NCBI GenBank assembly: GCA_964347345.1
Contig: CAYFYB010000004.1
Coordinates: forward strand, 4,681 to 68,680
Direction of reading: 5' to 3'
Origin: an uncultured Methanomassiliicoccales archaeon
GTDB taxonomy: Archaea > Thermoplasmatota > Thermoplasmata > RBG-16-68-12 > JAJISG01
Length of the DNA: 64,000 nt
Positions 51,750 to 61,300 of this stretch are shown piece after piece. The notes beneath the pieces are model-generated. The model was not told the origin of the DNA. It saw only the letters and a program-made list of their open reading frames with translations, and did no database searches. Position 1 is the stretch's first letter; each line of letters begins with the position of its first letter. The translations under genes and the position numbers were made by a program.

Positions 51750-51988
51750 GGTGTCACCTCGTGAGCCTGCAGCCCTTCTAGGCCAGCCACATTATTAACC
51801 GTTTCTGGTGCCCTCGGAAGGGAGAAAAGGGCCAGCCCGTGGAGAATGCCTGATTGTGGGTGTCCCCCGGCTCCTCCACCTCGGTCAGGCGGGCAGCTGG
51901 TTTCGGACTTCCCCGGTTTGACCCGGGATATCAGACGTGATAAGCAACGCAACAGCTATAATAGAGGGACGTAGGGATTCGAGACGCC

Positions 51989-52519
51989 GTGAGGCCTTCC
52001 CGAAGTCATTTCTCCAAGGATGACAGAGAGAGGGAGTTTCTCAGGCATCTGGCTTTCGGAAACGGTTTCGAACTGGAGGCGGGAAAGGTCTACCTGGCCA
52101 AGGAGGCGAAACCAGAAAGAGGAGCCGAGGCGTTTGCCCATCTCCTCCATCGCGGCTTTCACGGCCTTCACGTCACCCGTCAGCACCCGCATAATCTGAG
52201 GAAGAGGAACAATATGGGCCGGTGTAGGGTCGTGTGGCTCAGCAGTACTCTGGGAGAGGACTACGTTGACCCACACAACCTTGGCTCCCTCATCAGTCTG
52301 ATAGGAGTTTTCCTGCAGGGCAACCGTAGACCCGCCGTCCTACTCGACGGCCTCGAATTCCTCACAATCAACAACGATTTTCACAGGATTCTGAACTTCG
52401 TCGAGTACCTCAATGAGATCGTCATGGGGACGGGAAGCATCCTCCTACTATCAGTTGATGAACGGGCCTTTCAGAAGAGGGAGATGGCCCTGTTGGAGAA
52501 GAATGTGACTTTCTTGTGA
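51989..52519 (+). CDS. DUF835 domain protein
   Basis: 176 aa. 'GKVYLAKEAKPERGAEAF...GLHVTRQHP...VVWLSS...VDPHNL..L...FL......AVLLDGLEFLTINNDF..IL.F...L.E.V' follows the DUF835 pattern. GTG start is about 29 nt after the TATA 'GCTATAATAGA' (51955-51965). Confidence 0.7.
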   Translation: MRPSRSHFSKDDREREFLRHLAFGNGFELEAGKVYLAKEAKPERGAEAFAHLLHRGFHGLHVTRQHPHNLRKRNNMGRCRVVWLSSTLGEDYVDPHNLGSLISLIGVFLQGNRRPAVLLDGLEFLTINNDFHRILNFVEYLNEIVMGTGSILLLSVDERAFQKREMALLEKNVTFL

Positions 52520-52710
52520 TGCCTGTCCGCGATGCGTTCGAGTGGACCTCGAGGGCTGTACCGCCTTCGCCTAGAGACCTCGGCTTGCCCCCGGAAGTCC
52601 GTGACTTTGTGGACGAAGCCCACGGGCTCGACCTCCCGAGAGGGCGAGGGACCGGAGGCGGAAGCTCCGGGTTGTTCATTTCTGTGTTACTGTTCGGTGG
52701 GTTGCGATGA
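52516..52710 (+). CDS. Candidate 64-aa protein with hydrophobic C-terminal tail
   Basis: GTGATG overlaps the DUF835 stop (possible translational coupling). It ends in 'GLFISVLLFGGLR'. No recognisable family, and composition is partly low-complexity. Confidence 0.25.
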   Translation: MMPVRDAFEWTSRAVPPSPRDLGLPPEVRDFVDEAHGLDLPRGRGTGGGSSGLFISVLLFGGLR

Positions 52711-52769
52711 ATCAGAACAATTCACCACCTGCGAAATTCTTATAAGTTGAGGAATTTATGGCTGCAGTT

Positions 52770-55490
52770 ATGCCGCGGAGGAAAACGGGTAAGGGGAGGC
52801 GAATCAGTTACTACAAGAAGAAGTTCTTTTTCTCAATAAGGGAGCGAATTCTGCTCCACCTCTCCGAGTACAGCATGTATGAGAATGAGCTTGAGGCTCC
52901 TGATGAGCTCACTCAGTTTGGGATAGCAGATGTGGTCCTTGCCGGACGGAGCACATGCTCCAAGCTCCTGCAGGAGATGGAGGACAGGGGGTTGCTCTAC
53001 GGACGGAGGGCTCACGTTCCATCAGGGAAGATCCGGCGAACCGTCTACTTCCTCACACCGAGGGGTCAGATACAGGCGCAGAAAGTCAAGAAGAAGGTGG
53101 AGGAGACGGCCGTGAGGGTGAAGACTTCCTCTGGAGAGTTCAAGAAGCTCAGGGTGGTGGACATTCCCCGGGAGGTGCCGGTATACGCTCCCTTAGTGGA
53201 CGTAGTCTGCCATATCAGCCGAGGGGTCTTCGACGTGGAGAGCTTCGCCGACAGGGTGAAGTCCAGGAGGGAGAGGGTCGCCTTCCTCGGCACGATGCCC
53301 CGCCTACGCCACTTCTTCGACAGGACCAGGGAGCAGGCAGTCATCAGTAAGTGGCTGAAGTCACCCGGCCAGAGGCTCCTCGTCGTATATGGATTGCCCG
53401 GGGTCGGGAAGACGACCCTTGCAGGGAAGGTCGTGTTGGGAATGAAGGATGAGATGAGCGTCTTCTGGCATCGCATCCACGAGTGGAGCACACCCAGAAG
53501 CGTCGCCCACCAGATTGGGGAGTTCCTGGCCCGCCTGAACAAGAAGGACCTCCTTCTGTACATGGAAACCCGCGAAGTAGTCGATATGGCGGAGGTGTTC
53601 TTCCTTCTAGAGAAGAACCTCAGCGACCTGAAGGCCCTCATGGTATTCGACGACTATGACAAAGCAGGGACACAACTGGACGAATTCTTCTCCAGCTTCA
53701 AGGACATCCTAGAGAGGGTGAAGGGGCCCAAGGTTATGGTGGCCTCTCGCACCCTGCCCAAGTTCTACGATCGGCGGGACGTGAAGGTGAAGAACATGGT
53801 GGAGGAACTGTCCCTGGAGGGCCTGGACAGGGAGGGAGCGGTAACCCTCCTGACACTGAAGAATATCTCGGAGCCTGATCTTGACTCGATCTACTCCCAG
53901 ACTCAAGGTCACCCTCTCTTCTTGGAACTGATTCAGGGACCGGAGGTTGCTGACACCAGGGACATTGACAAGTTCTTGGATGAGGAAGTGTCGAGTCGGC
54001 TGATGGACGTGGAAAGGAGAGTTCTTAGCCTGGCCTCTGTGTTCAGGAAGCCTGTCCACGTGGATGCTCTCTTCCTAGACGATGACGTTGACTTCGTCGT
54101 AATCACGTCTCTTAGCGACCAGTCCTTGCTGAAGGAGAGCACCCCGAAGGTATTCGATCTGCACGACCTGCTGAAGACCTTCCATTATGGGAGGCTCACT
54201 CCCGCAATGAGAAAGAGATACCACGCCTGGGCCGCGAAGTTCTACACTTCTAGGGAGACCCCGGCCGACCTCGTGGAGGCCCAGCATCACTTACTACAGG
54301 CAGGAAACCCGTCGGGTGCTGCCCAGTCGGCGATAGAAAACGGGAGGCGGATAATCAACAGCGGGTACCCAGACGAGTTCCTGAAGATCCTCGAAGCTCT
54401 AAAGGGCTCCAAGCTGAGCAAGGAGGTCATCGCTCAGATCAGGCTCCTGGAGGGACACGTGATGCACCTTCTAGGTGACTGGGACGTGGCCCTCAGCATC
54501 TACAGGCGGGTGGCCGAGGATGCTAAGAAATTGGGTAGCGGCAGGCTCGAAGCTGAAGCTCGCCAATGTGTTGGTGACATCCTGCTCAACAAGGGGGAGT
54601 ACGGTGAGGCGGAGGCAGAACTTCAGAAGAGCCTGAAGATCTACAACAGGCTCGATGACATGGATGGGCAGGCCGAGGCCCTTTACTTCCTGGGGTTCAT
54701 CCGAAACAATAACAGCGATTTCATGGAGGCGTACCGCGCTTTCAGGAAGGGAATGAGACGTGTCCTTCAGACGGGCAATAAGGCCGTAACCGCAAAGCTC
54801 CTCTATGCCTTCGGTGTCAACTACAGCCAGCGGGGCAATCAGAAGAAGGCCGTGTCCTACAAGGAAAGGGCCCTGAGCATATTCGAGGAAATCAGGGACC
54901 TCCACCAGCTGTCTAGGGTCTATACAGGACTGGGGGCCAGCTATCAGGAGCTGGGCGACCTCGATGAGGCCCTGAAGTTCTATGAAAGGGGCATCGAGCT
55001 TTCCAGGCTCACAGGCGACCAGAGAACTCTGGCCTATGCCCTTCAGAACGCTTCGGGCGTGTACCTGCATCGGGACAAGAAAGACAAAGCAGACGCGATG
55101 ATTAATGAAGCCGCAGCCATCTTCCGCAGAATCGGGGAGAAGAGGAAGATTGGTTGGTCAAGGCTCTATGAAGGCGTCATGGACTTCGTGAGGGGCGATC
55201 CTGACAAGGCCGTCACAGCCTGGACCGAAGGGCTTGGACAGCTTCAGGCCCTGAAGGACAAGAGGGGGGTGGCTCTCTTCAACCTGACCATCGCGAGGGT
55301 CTACTCAGGTAGCGGCGACATCATCTCAGCCGCGAGGCACCTGAAGGACGCCGAGAAGGCGGCAAGGGATATCGGCCACGAACTGATAATGGAGCAGGTG
55401 GACGGCGAGAAGGCGTACGTCGACGCCATCTCGAGGGGGGAGGCGGTCCCCGAGGGCATCAAGAGGATAACGAAGCCTGGCCTTCGCTAA
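52770..55490 (+). CDS. wHTH - STAND/AAA P-loop NTPase - TPR multidomain protein
   Basis: N-terminal MarR-like wHTH ('FGIADVVLAGRSTCSKLLQEMEDRGLLYGRR...RTVYFLTPRG'). Walker A 'GLPGVGKTT' (nt 53391..), Walker B 'ALMVFDDYD'. C-terminal half has about 10 TPRs ('AEALYFLGFI', 'AVSYKERALSIF', 'ALKFYERGIEL'). ATG at 52770 is about 28 nt from the TATA 'ATTCTTATAAG'; the track start is 52758. Confidence 0.85.
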   Translation: MPRRKTGKGRRISYYKKKFFFSIRERILLHLSEYSMYENELEAPDELTQFGIADVVLAGRSTCSKLLQEMEDRGLLYGRRAHVPSGKIRRTVYFLTPRGQIQAQKVKKKVEETAVRVKTSSGEFKKLRVVDIPREVPVYAPLVDVVCHISRGVFDVESFADRVKSRRERVAFLGTMPRLRHFFDRTREQAVISKWLKSPGQRLLVVYGLPGVGKTTLAGKVVLGMKDEMSVFWHRIHEWSTPRSVAHQIGEFLARLNKKDLLLYMETREVVDMAEVFFLLEKNLSDLKALMVFDDYDKAGTQLDEFFSSFKDILERVKGPKVMVASRTLPKFYDRRDVKVKNMVEELSLEGLDREGAVTLLTLKNISEPDLDSIYSQTQGHPLFLELIQGPEVADTRDIDKFLDEEVSSRLMDVERRVLSLASVFRKPVHVDALFLDDDVDFVVITSLSDQSLLKESTPKVFDLHDLLKTFHYGRLTPAMRKRYHAWAAKFYTSRETPADLVEAQHHLLQAGNPSGAAQSAIENGRRIINSGYPDEFLKILEALKGSKLSKEVIAQIRLLEGHVMHLLGDWDVALSIYRRVAEDAKKLGSGRLEAEARQCVGDILLNKGEYGEAEAELQKSLKIYNRLDDMDGQAEALYFLGFIRNNNSDFMEAYRAFRKGMRRVLQTGNKAVTAKLLYAFGVNYSQRGNQKKAVSYKERALSIFEEIRDLHQLSRVYTGLGASYQELGDLDEALKFYERGIELSRLTGDQRTLAYALQNASGVYLHRDKKDKADAMINEAAAIFRRIGEKRKIGWSRLYEGVMDFVRGDPDKAVTAWTEGLGQLQALKDKRGVALFNLTIARVYSGSGDIISAARHLKDAEKAARDIGHELIMEQVDGEKAYVDAISRGEAVPEGIKRITKPGLR

Positions 55491-55654
55491 TCCGAGCCCT
55501 CGATATGCCTACAGCAATAACCCGGCAAGCCTAGCTGGGTTCATCTGGGGGCGGTAAGGGTCCGCCCATACTTTCACCTCCCCAGCCCCCAGTCGAGTTC
55601 AGTTACTATCTAGATTTCATGAACAATTTCCTTATTCGTGTCGGGTCTAGGCCA

Positions 55655-55664
55655 GCTTTAATAG
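55655..55664 (+). promoter_or_regulatory. TATA box of arcS (leaderless geometry)
   Basis: 'GCTTTAATAG' is centred about 26 nt upstream of GTG 55686. Confidence 0.5.
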
Positions 55665-55685
55665 CGACACCACCATCCTTGGGCC

Positions 55686-57449
55686 GTGTACGAGGTCCTA
55701 GAGCGGTGTGGGATGGCCAGGAGGGGCCTCCTTAGGACCGGGGATGCAGAAGTTGCCACTCCAAACGTCCTCCTCGTTCGCGTCAAGGACACGCAGGATA
55801 TCGAGTGGGCTGAGGCCTTTTTGTCTACGAAGAGGTCCTCGAAGTCCATACTAATGAGGGACGTCCAGGAGATGGGGCCATCCACCCCTCCACCCGTCTC
55901 TCGGCCGCTCTCCCTGGCTAGCTTGGAATTCCCGCCAGAGGAGGATATTGGAGACGTCTCCTTCCTGGCAGATCCTCATGGAGCGGGGAAGTCCAGGAAG
56001 GAAGTAGTGGCATTTCAGAACACAGTAGAGTTCACTCGGTACCCTAAGAGATTCGTGCGCCAGTTCATTTCACTGAGAGAAGCTGCGGGGTATCAGAGGG
56101 CGGTATACGCGCCCCTCCTGGCGACGCCTGCCAACCTCCCCATGCTCATCTACTGCGGAGTAGACCTGGTGGACGGGCTGAGGGTCCACTATGATAGCCG
56201 GAAGGGGTACTTCCACACCCCTGATGGGAGGCTGCCCTCTGAGGAGCTTGAGGACTGGCCCTGCATGTGCCCGGCTTGTGAGCAACATAACCTGCTTGAG
56301 CACAACCTCCGGGCGTTGATTGTTGAGCTTCGGAAATCGCGGACGGCCATCAGTACAGGCAGATTGCGAGAACTGGTGGAACAGAGGGTATCCAATGATC
56401 CCTGGATGACGGCTGTCCTGAGGGAACTCGACTATCGATGCTATGAGTGGCAGGAAATCCACTTTCCCGTCGTGGGTCCCCCCCTGAGGGCCTACTCGGC
56501 GGAATCGCTATTCAGGCCCGAGGTGCTCAGGTTTCGTCGGAGAGTGCTGGAAAGGTATTCGAAACCCCCTTCAGCCAAGGTCCTCCTCTTGCTGCCCTGC
56601 TCAGCTCGGAAGCCCTACTCCTCCTCAAAGTCTCATAGACTCATCAGGAGTGTCATACGCGCCGCGGGAAACCCCTGGGCTGTACACGTGGTCGTTGTCA
56701 CCTCGCCGTTGGGCATCGTGCCTTCGGAGCTGGAGCTGTTTCATCCGGTTCGGAGTTATGATATTCCCGTCACAGGTGACTGGAGCAAGGATGAGGCTGC
56801 AGTCCTGCAGGAAGAGATCGAGGGCTACCTCCGTGCCAACGAATACGAGGCCACAATCCTCCACCTTGGCCCTGAGGCCAAGCTAGTGGAATCGATCTTG
56901 GAGGACGTGGTGGTGACGTCCCGGGATGATCCCCGATCCACCGAGGCGCTGCAAGCGCTCCAGGTTGCTCTAGAGGAGGCGACCTCCGACGTGGCAACTG
57001 TCCCGGCGTGGATCCGGAGGCAGGAGGACCTTCAGTCCATGGCGCGGTTTCAGTTCGGACCTGGCGCTGAAGCCCTGGTCGATGATTGCACCATTAAGGG
57101 CAGGTATCCCAACTTTCGGCTCTTCGCAGGTGGGCAACAGGTGGCAGCTCTGACCGGAGCGAGGGGGATGTTCTCCCTCACCTTGGAGGGTGGGGGCATT
57201 CTTGCTGACAAGAACCTCTACTGCGTCGAGATTGATGATTTCTTCCCAGAGGGAAACGTGTTCGCTGTAGGGGTCCTCGAAGCCCACGAGGAGGTTCGAG
57301 TCGGCGATGACGTCGTGGTCTGCCACGAAAATGAGGTTCGGGCCGTGGGGGTGGCGAGAATGAACCCAGTGGAGATGAGGTACAGCAACCGTGGAGAGGC
57401 GGTGAGGGTGCGCCATCGCGCGAAAAAGGCGACTGAAACCTCTGAGTGA
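55686..57449 (+). CDS. arcS: Archaeosine synthase ArcS (TGT-like N-domain, DUF5591, PUA)
   Basis: 587 aa. 'ARRGLLRTGDAEVATPNVLLV', zinc motif 'WPCMCPACEQH', 'LLLPCSARKPYSSSKSH', and a C-terminal PUA-like 'VGDDVVVCHENEVRAVGVARM'. Confidence 0.85.
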   Translation: MYEVLERCGMARRGLLRTGDAEVATPNVLLVRVKDTQDIEWAEAFLSTKRSSKSILMRDVQEMGPSTPPPVSRPLSLASLEFPPEEDIGDVSFLADPHGAGKSRKEVVAFQNTVEFTRYPKRFVRQFISLREAAGYQRAVYAPLLATPANLPMLIYCGVDLVDGLRVHYDSRKGYFHTPDGRLPSEELEDWPCMCPACEQHNLLEHNLRALIVELRKSRTAISTGRLRELVEQRVSNDPWMTAVLRELDYRCYEWQEIHFPVVGPPLRAYSAESLFRPEVLRFRRRVLERYSKPPSAKVLLLLPCSARKPYSSSKSHRLIRSVIRAAGNPWAVHVVVVTSPLGIVPSELELFHPVRSYDIPVTGDWSKDEAAVLQEEIEGYLRANEYEATILHLGPEAKLVESILEDVVVTSRDDPRSTEALQALQVALEEATSDVATVPAWIRRQEDLQSMARFQFGPGAEALVDDCTIKGRYPNFRLFAGGQQVAALTGARGMFSLTLEGGGILADKNLYCVEIDDFFPEGNVFAVGVLEAHEEVRVGDDVVVCHENEVRAVGVARMNPVEMRYSNRGEAVRVRHRAKKATETSE

Positions 57450-57500
57450 ATTCGCTTTCCCGCTGACTGAACTTTCACTTTCGGCGACCTCCCCCCTTTC

Positions 57501-57513
57501 GCTATTTATATAC
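57501..57513 (+). promoter_or_regulatory. Strong consensus TATA box
   Basis: 'GCTATTTATATAC' is the best TATA match I saw in the window. It lies about 32 nt upstream of a small ORF and about 215 nt upstream of tRNA-Gly. Confidence 0.4.
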
Positions 57514-57538
57514 CCACATGCTGGGAGGGGTAGATAGC

Positions 57539-57646
57539 ATGGCTGAAGAGGAATGCTACAGCTGGGAAGAGGTGTACAGGGCGTACGGATGCTCTCCCAG
57601 GTACCTCCTTGAGGACGAGGAAACGATGATCCCATCCCTGGGGTAG
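57539..57646 (+). CDS. Candidate 35-aa acidic miniprotein
   Basis: Own translation: MAEEECYSWEEVYRAYGCSPRYLLEDEETMIPSLG. Preceded by GGGAGGGG and the TATA at 57501. Confidence 0.2.
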   Translation: MAEEECYSWEEVYRAYGCSPRYLLEDEETMIPSLG

Positions 57647-57723
57647 GCAGGGTCGCAGGCCTTGCCTATCTCTCCTTTTGGGCCGGTAAAGGTTAAAGAA
57701 CGAATTGACGCTTCCTACCCCAG

Positions 57724-57808
57724 GCAGGCGTAGTCTAGTCTGGTAGGACCTTGGCCTTCCATGGGTTCGGAGAGAGCCAACAGCCCGGGTTCGAATCCCG
57801 GCGCCTGC
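57724..57808 (+). tRNA. tRNA-Gly(UCC) with 13-nt intron at 37/38
   Basis: Folded by hand:
- acceptor GCAGGCG/CGCCTGC
- D arm GTCT-AGTCTGGTA-GGAC
- anticodon stem TTGGC/GCCAA
- anticodon TCC at 57758-57760
- intron 57762..57774
- T arm CCGGG-TTCGAAT-CCCGG
- discriminator A
A TATA-like 'GGTTAAAGAA' lies about 29 nt upstream. Confidence 0.85.
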
Positions 57809-58389
57809 ATCACGGGCAGGTCATCTTCGGCCAATTTGCGGAAATCGGCGGCGGGAACTTCAGGAAAGTGAGTCTGATAGCAGTGGTTCCTCGATGGACA
57901 AACCGTGCTATGCATTCTCGTGTGAAACCGCGTGAGAACATGGGACGCCCTTTCCCCTCATCACACAGCGTCTGCCGGCCGGGTGCATCTCTCGCTCCAA
58001 GCCCGTGTGAGATGTCAGAGATGTTCGTGGACGTCCAAGGGGAAGGGCATGCCAAGAAGCCTCAAGGATGTCAAGGTCTTCATGGACTTGGAACGGCTAG
58101 CCAGCTTCGTATAGAGGCGAGGAACCGGTCATAATACGTGGGAGGGGACGCATCGTAGAGGACCAAGAGGAGTTCGTGGTGAGAACACAGGAACATGTTG
58201 ACAAGTACCGTCTATTGCCTGACGGCGCTGGAAGGGATGCCCTCGGCATACCCCTTTTTGAAGGTGGGGTGCGATGCGTAGTCGAGGTCATTCCAGAACA
58301 GACGATTTTCTGGTGAAGGGTCCTCTTCCTGCTGTGCGTTTCCCAGAAAAATCCTTATAGCCCTTACCTCCATACGCCCGGCGGAAGGG

Positions 58390-61300
58390 ATGGGAATGCC
58401 GATTCGTGGTCATCAGCAGACAGATTTCTCGCTCGCCAGGGTCAGAAAGCATCTGCGGAAGGCCGTCCGAAACCTGAAGAGAGGGTTGCGGGATGATGCC
58501 AGGGAGAGCCTCCGCCGCGCCGTCGAGCATATTCCCGAGAGCGTTGAAACCTTCTCCCCCGATTTTGTCAGAGTCGTACTGTGGGCTTCGGAGGTGGCCC
58601 ATGAGCTGGATGGATCCAACAGGTTGGCGGGCCTGCTGAGATCATACCTGAGCGAGCGTCCAGGGCATAGAGAGGCATGGCTATCCCTAGTCAGTCTCCT
58701 TAACGCCTCCGAGAGAGCAGAGGAGGCGATTATTGCCTGCGAGGAGGCAATAGACGCTATTCCGGAAGCCCAGGACTTGCTGGTTCTAAAGGGTGAACTC
58801 CTCTCCCGGGCGGGAAAGAAGGAGGAGGCAATAGAGGTGTTGTGGCAGGTGGCCAGCGGGGGCGGGCCCTGGCCTCGTGCCTGGAAGGCGCTCAAAGAAC
58901 TGGAAGGGCCCTCCTCAAGGCTCTTCCTACTCAAAGGAACCCGCTTGTATCGGGACGGCGACCTGTCAGGGTCCATGGGAGCCTTTGACCGCGCCATCAA
59001 GGAAGACCCCAGATGTGTTGATTCCCTCAAGGGGAAGGCTCGGATCCTGCTGGAGCAGGCTGACTGGGAGGGTGCCTACGGTTGCATAAACACCGCCATC
59101 GAGGTGAAGTCAACCCGCTCCGATCTGTGGGAGATGAAGGCCAAGGCCGAGGAGAGGCTGGGACATGCCGATGAGGCGATCAGATCTTTGCAGGTGAGCA
59201 TCCGTTATCAGGCCGATAACGTGACTGCGATGAAGGACCTGGGTCGACTTCTCCTCCAGGAGGGAAAGCACGAAGAGGCCATCTCGGTTTACGAGGAAGC
59301 CGGGGAGGCCGCATCGTCGGACACAGACCTGCTGGAGGGGTGGAGAACCTGCCTCAAGGCCCTCGGGCGGTGGGAGGAGTACCGCGAGGCCTGCCAAAAG
59401 CTCATGGAGTTACACCCAGAACGACAGGACCTGATCCTGGATGAGGCTGAGAGCTGGATACGTTCAGGTAACAAGGAGCAGGCGCTGGAACTCCTTGAGG
59501 AGGTCCTGCGGAATGAAATGGACCCGGAGGCGTTGAGGAAGACCGCCGCCCTCGCCACGGAGGCCCGGCTGTGGAGGACCGCCCTCGAGGCAAGTCAGAG
59601 GATGCTCCGTAGAAGCCACCGAGATCACCTGGGTCTTCGATGCAAGGCTTTCGCCCTCATTGGTCTCGATCGAAAGGAGGAGGCCCTCAAGGCACTGACC
59701 AAGGGAGCCAAGCTCTACGGAGACCTTGAGCTTTTGCGGACCAAGAAAGACACCCTGAGGTCGATGGGCCGCTGGAAGGATCTGTTTCATTGCTGCGAGG
59801 ACATCGTGACCCTAGACCCAAAGGATGCGGCGACGTACGTTGAGATGGCCGAGGCCGCAGCGGATCTGGGGAAGAACAGGCTTGCCCTGCACGTATGCGA
59901 TCGGGGCCTGAAGGCGGTCCCAGGGACTGTCCATCTAATGCTACTCAAGGCGGAGATCCTGTACGAGTCGCGAAGGTCAGGGGAGGCCCTCGGGGTCTAC
60001 GGGGAGATCCTGGGCATCCAGAACGCAAACTTCGAGGCTCAGAAAGGTGTCGCCTCCTGCCTATATGAGCTCAGGTCCTTTGCAGAAGCCGAGGAGGCCT
60101 TCGAGAAGGCCCTTCATATCAGAGACGATCACGAGTGCTGGTACTACAGAGGTCAGTCCCTTCAGGAGCTGGGAAGGGGGAAGGAGGCCATTGAGTGCTT
60201 CGACAGGGCCCTCGGGCTGAAGGAGGAGGGCAAGTACTGGATGGCCAGGGGCAGGGCCCTCCTCCAGGCGGAACGGCTCCACGACGCCCTCTACTCCTTC
60301 GAGAGAGTTTTGGATGCAGAGCCCCAGGAGGATTCAGCAAGGCTGAAGAAGGCTGAGTGTCTCATGAGGCTCGGTGAGTATGAGCAGGCACTTCGGAGCC
60401 TCGATGAGACTACGAACCGGCATGGGGAGGACTGGGACTACATCCACGCGAGGATACAGTGTCTGGAAGAGCTGGACCGGAAGAGGGATGCCTATCAAGC
60501 CTCGATCACCTTGACGCATGCCTATGAGAAGAACTCTCAGGCCTGGACCGTGAGGGCCGCTGCGGCTGCTAACCTGGGCCTGACGACGGAAGCCCTTGAG
60601 TGCCTTGAAGAGGCGTCCAAGCTCAGTCCCAGTGACCCCGAGCCGAGGCTGATGGAGGCCAAGCTCCTGCTTTCCATGGAGAACTACTACGAGGCTCTCC
60701 AGGCTTGCAGCGAGGTAACTGCCACCGACAGGGGAAACCTGGAGGCAGTCGTGATCAGAGGCGATGCCTTCACCGGTCTCAACAGACATGAGGACGCCCT
60801 CCTGGCTTACAACGAGGCCCTTGCCCTCAGCCCTGGAGATCTGGCGGCTTTGAGGGGGAGGGCAATGAGCCTGGCCCGCACAAAGAGGATGGAAGAGGCC
60901 CTCAGGAGCATCGAGGCTCTCCTGACCAAGCTGCCCCACGATCCTTGGTCCCACTACTGGAAATCTCAGGTATTGGCGGAGGGAGGGAACTGGGAGGAAG
61001 CCCTGAGAAGCCTTAATCAGGCTCTCTACTACGGCGGCTCCAACCCCGTCATCCTTGCCCAGAAGGGGGTGGCCCTCATGCATCTCCAGAGATCTGATGA
61101 GGGGCTGAGGTTCGTAGAGGACGCTCTTTCTCACCACCCCGACGAGATTCCTCTGATCACTGCCAAGGCCTCTCTCCTCCTGGCCCTGGAAAAGCAACAG
61201 GAGGCCCTTCAGTTCGTTGAGGCAGCTCTCGTCGGCAAAGAGAAGGAGAAGGAAATCTGGCTCCTCAAGGCCGAGGCCCTGGAGGCTCTTCAGAGGTGGG

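Noticed and set aside
55547-55566. Hairpin GGGCGG-taagggt-CCGCCC after the STAND gene as a terminator
   Set aside because: It is a short GC stem without a following oligo-T tract. Archaeal termination signals are T-runs, so this is probably fortuitous.
58097-58602. Minus-strand ORFs 58097..58291 and 58288..58602 as real genes or an integrase remnant beside tRNA-Gly
   Set aside because: The translations are S/T/P/R-rich junk. The second overlaps the start of the TPR gene. I recognised no tyrosine-recombinase motifs (R..H.LRH...Y) in any frame.
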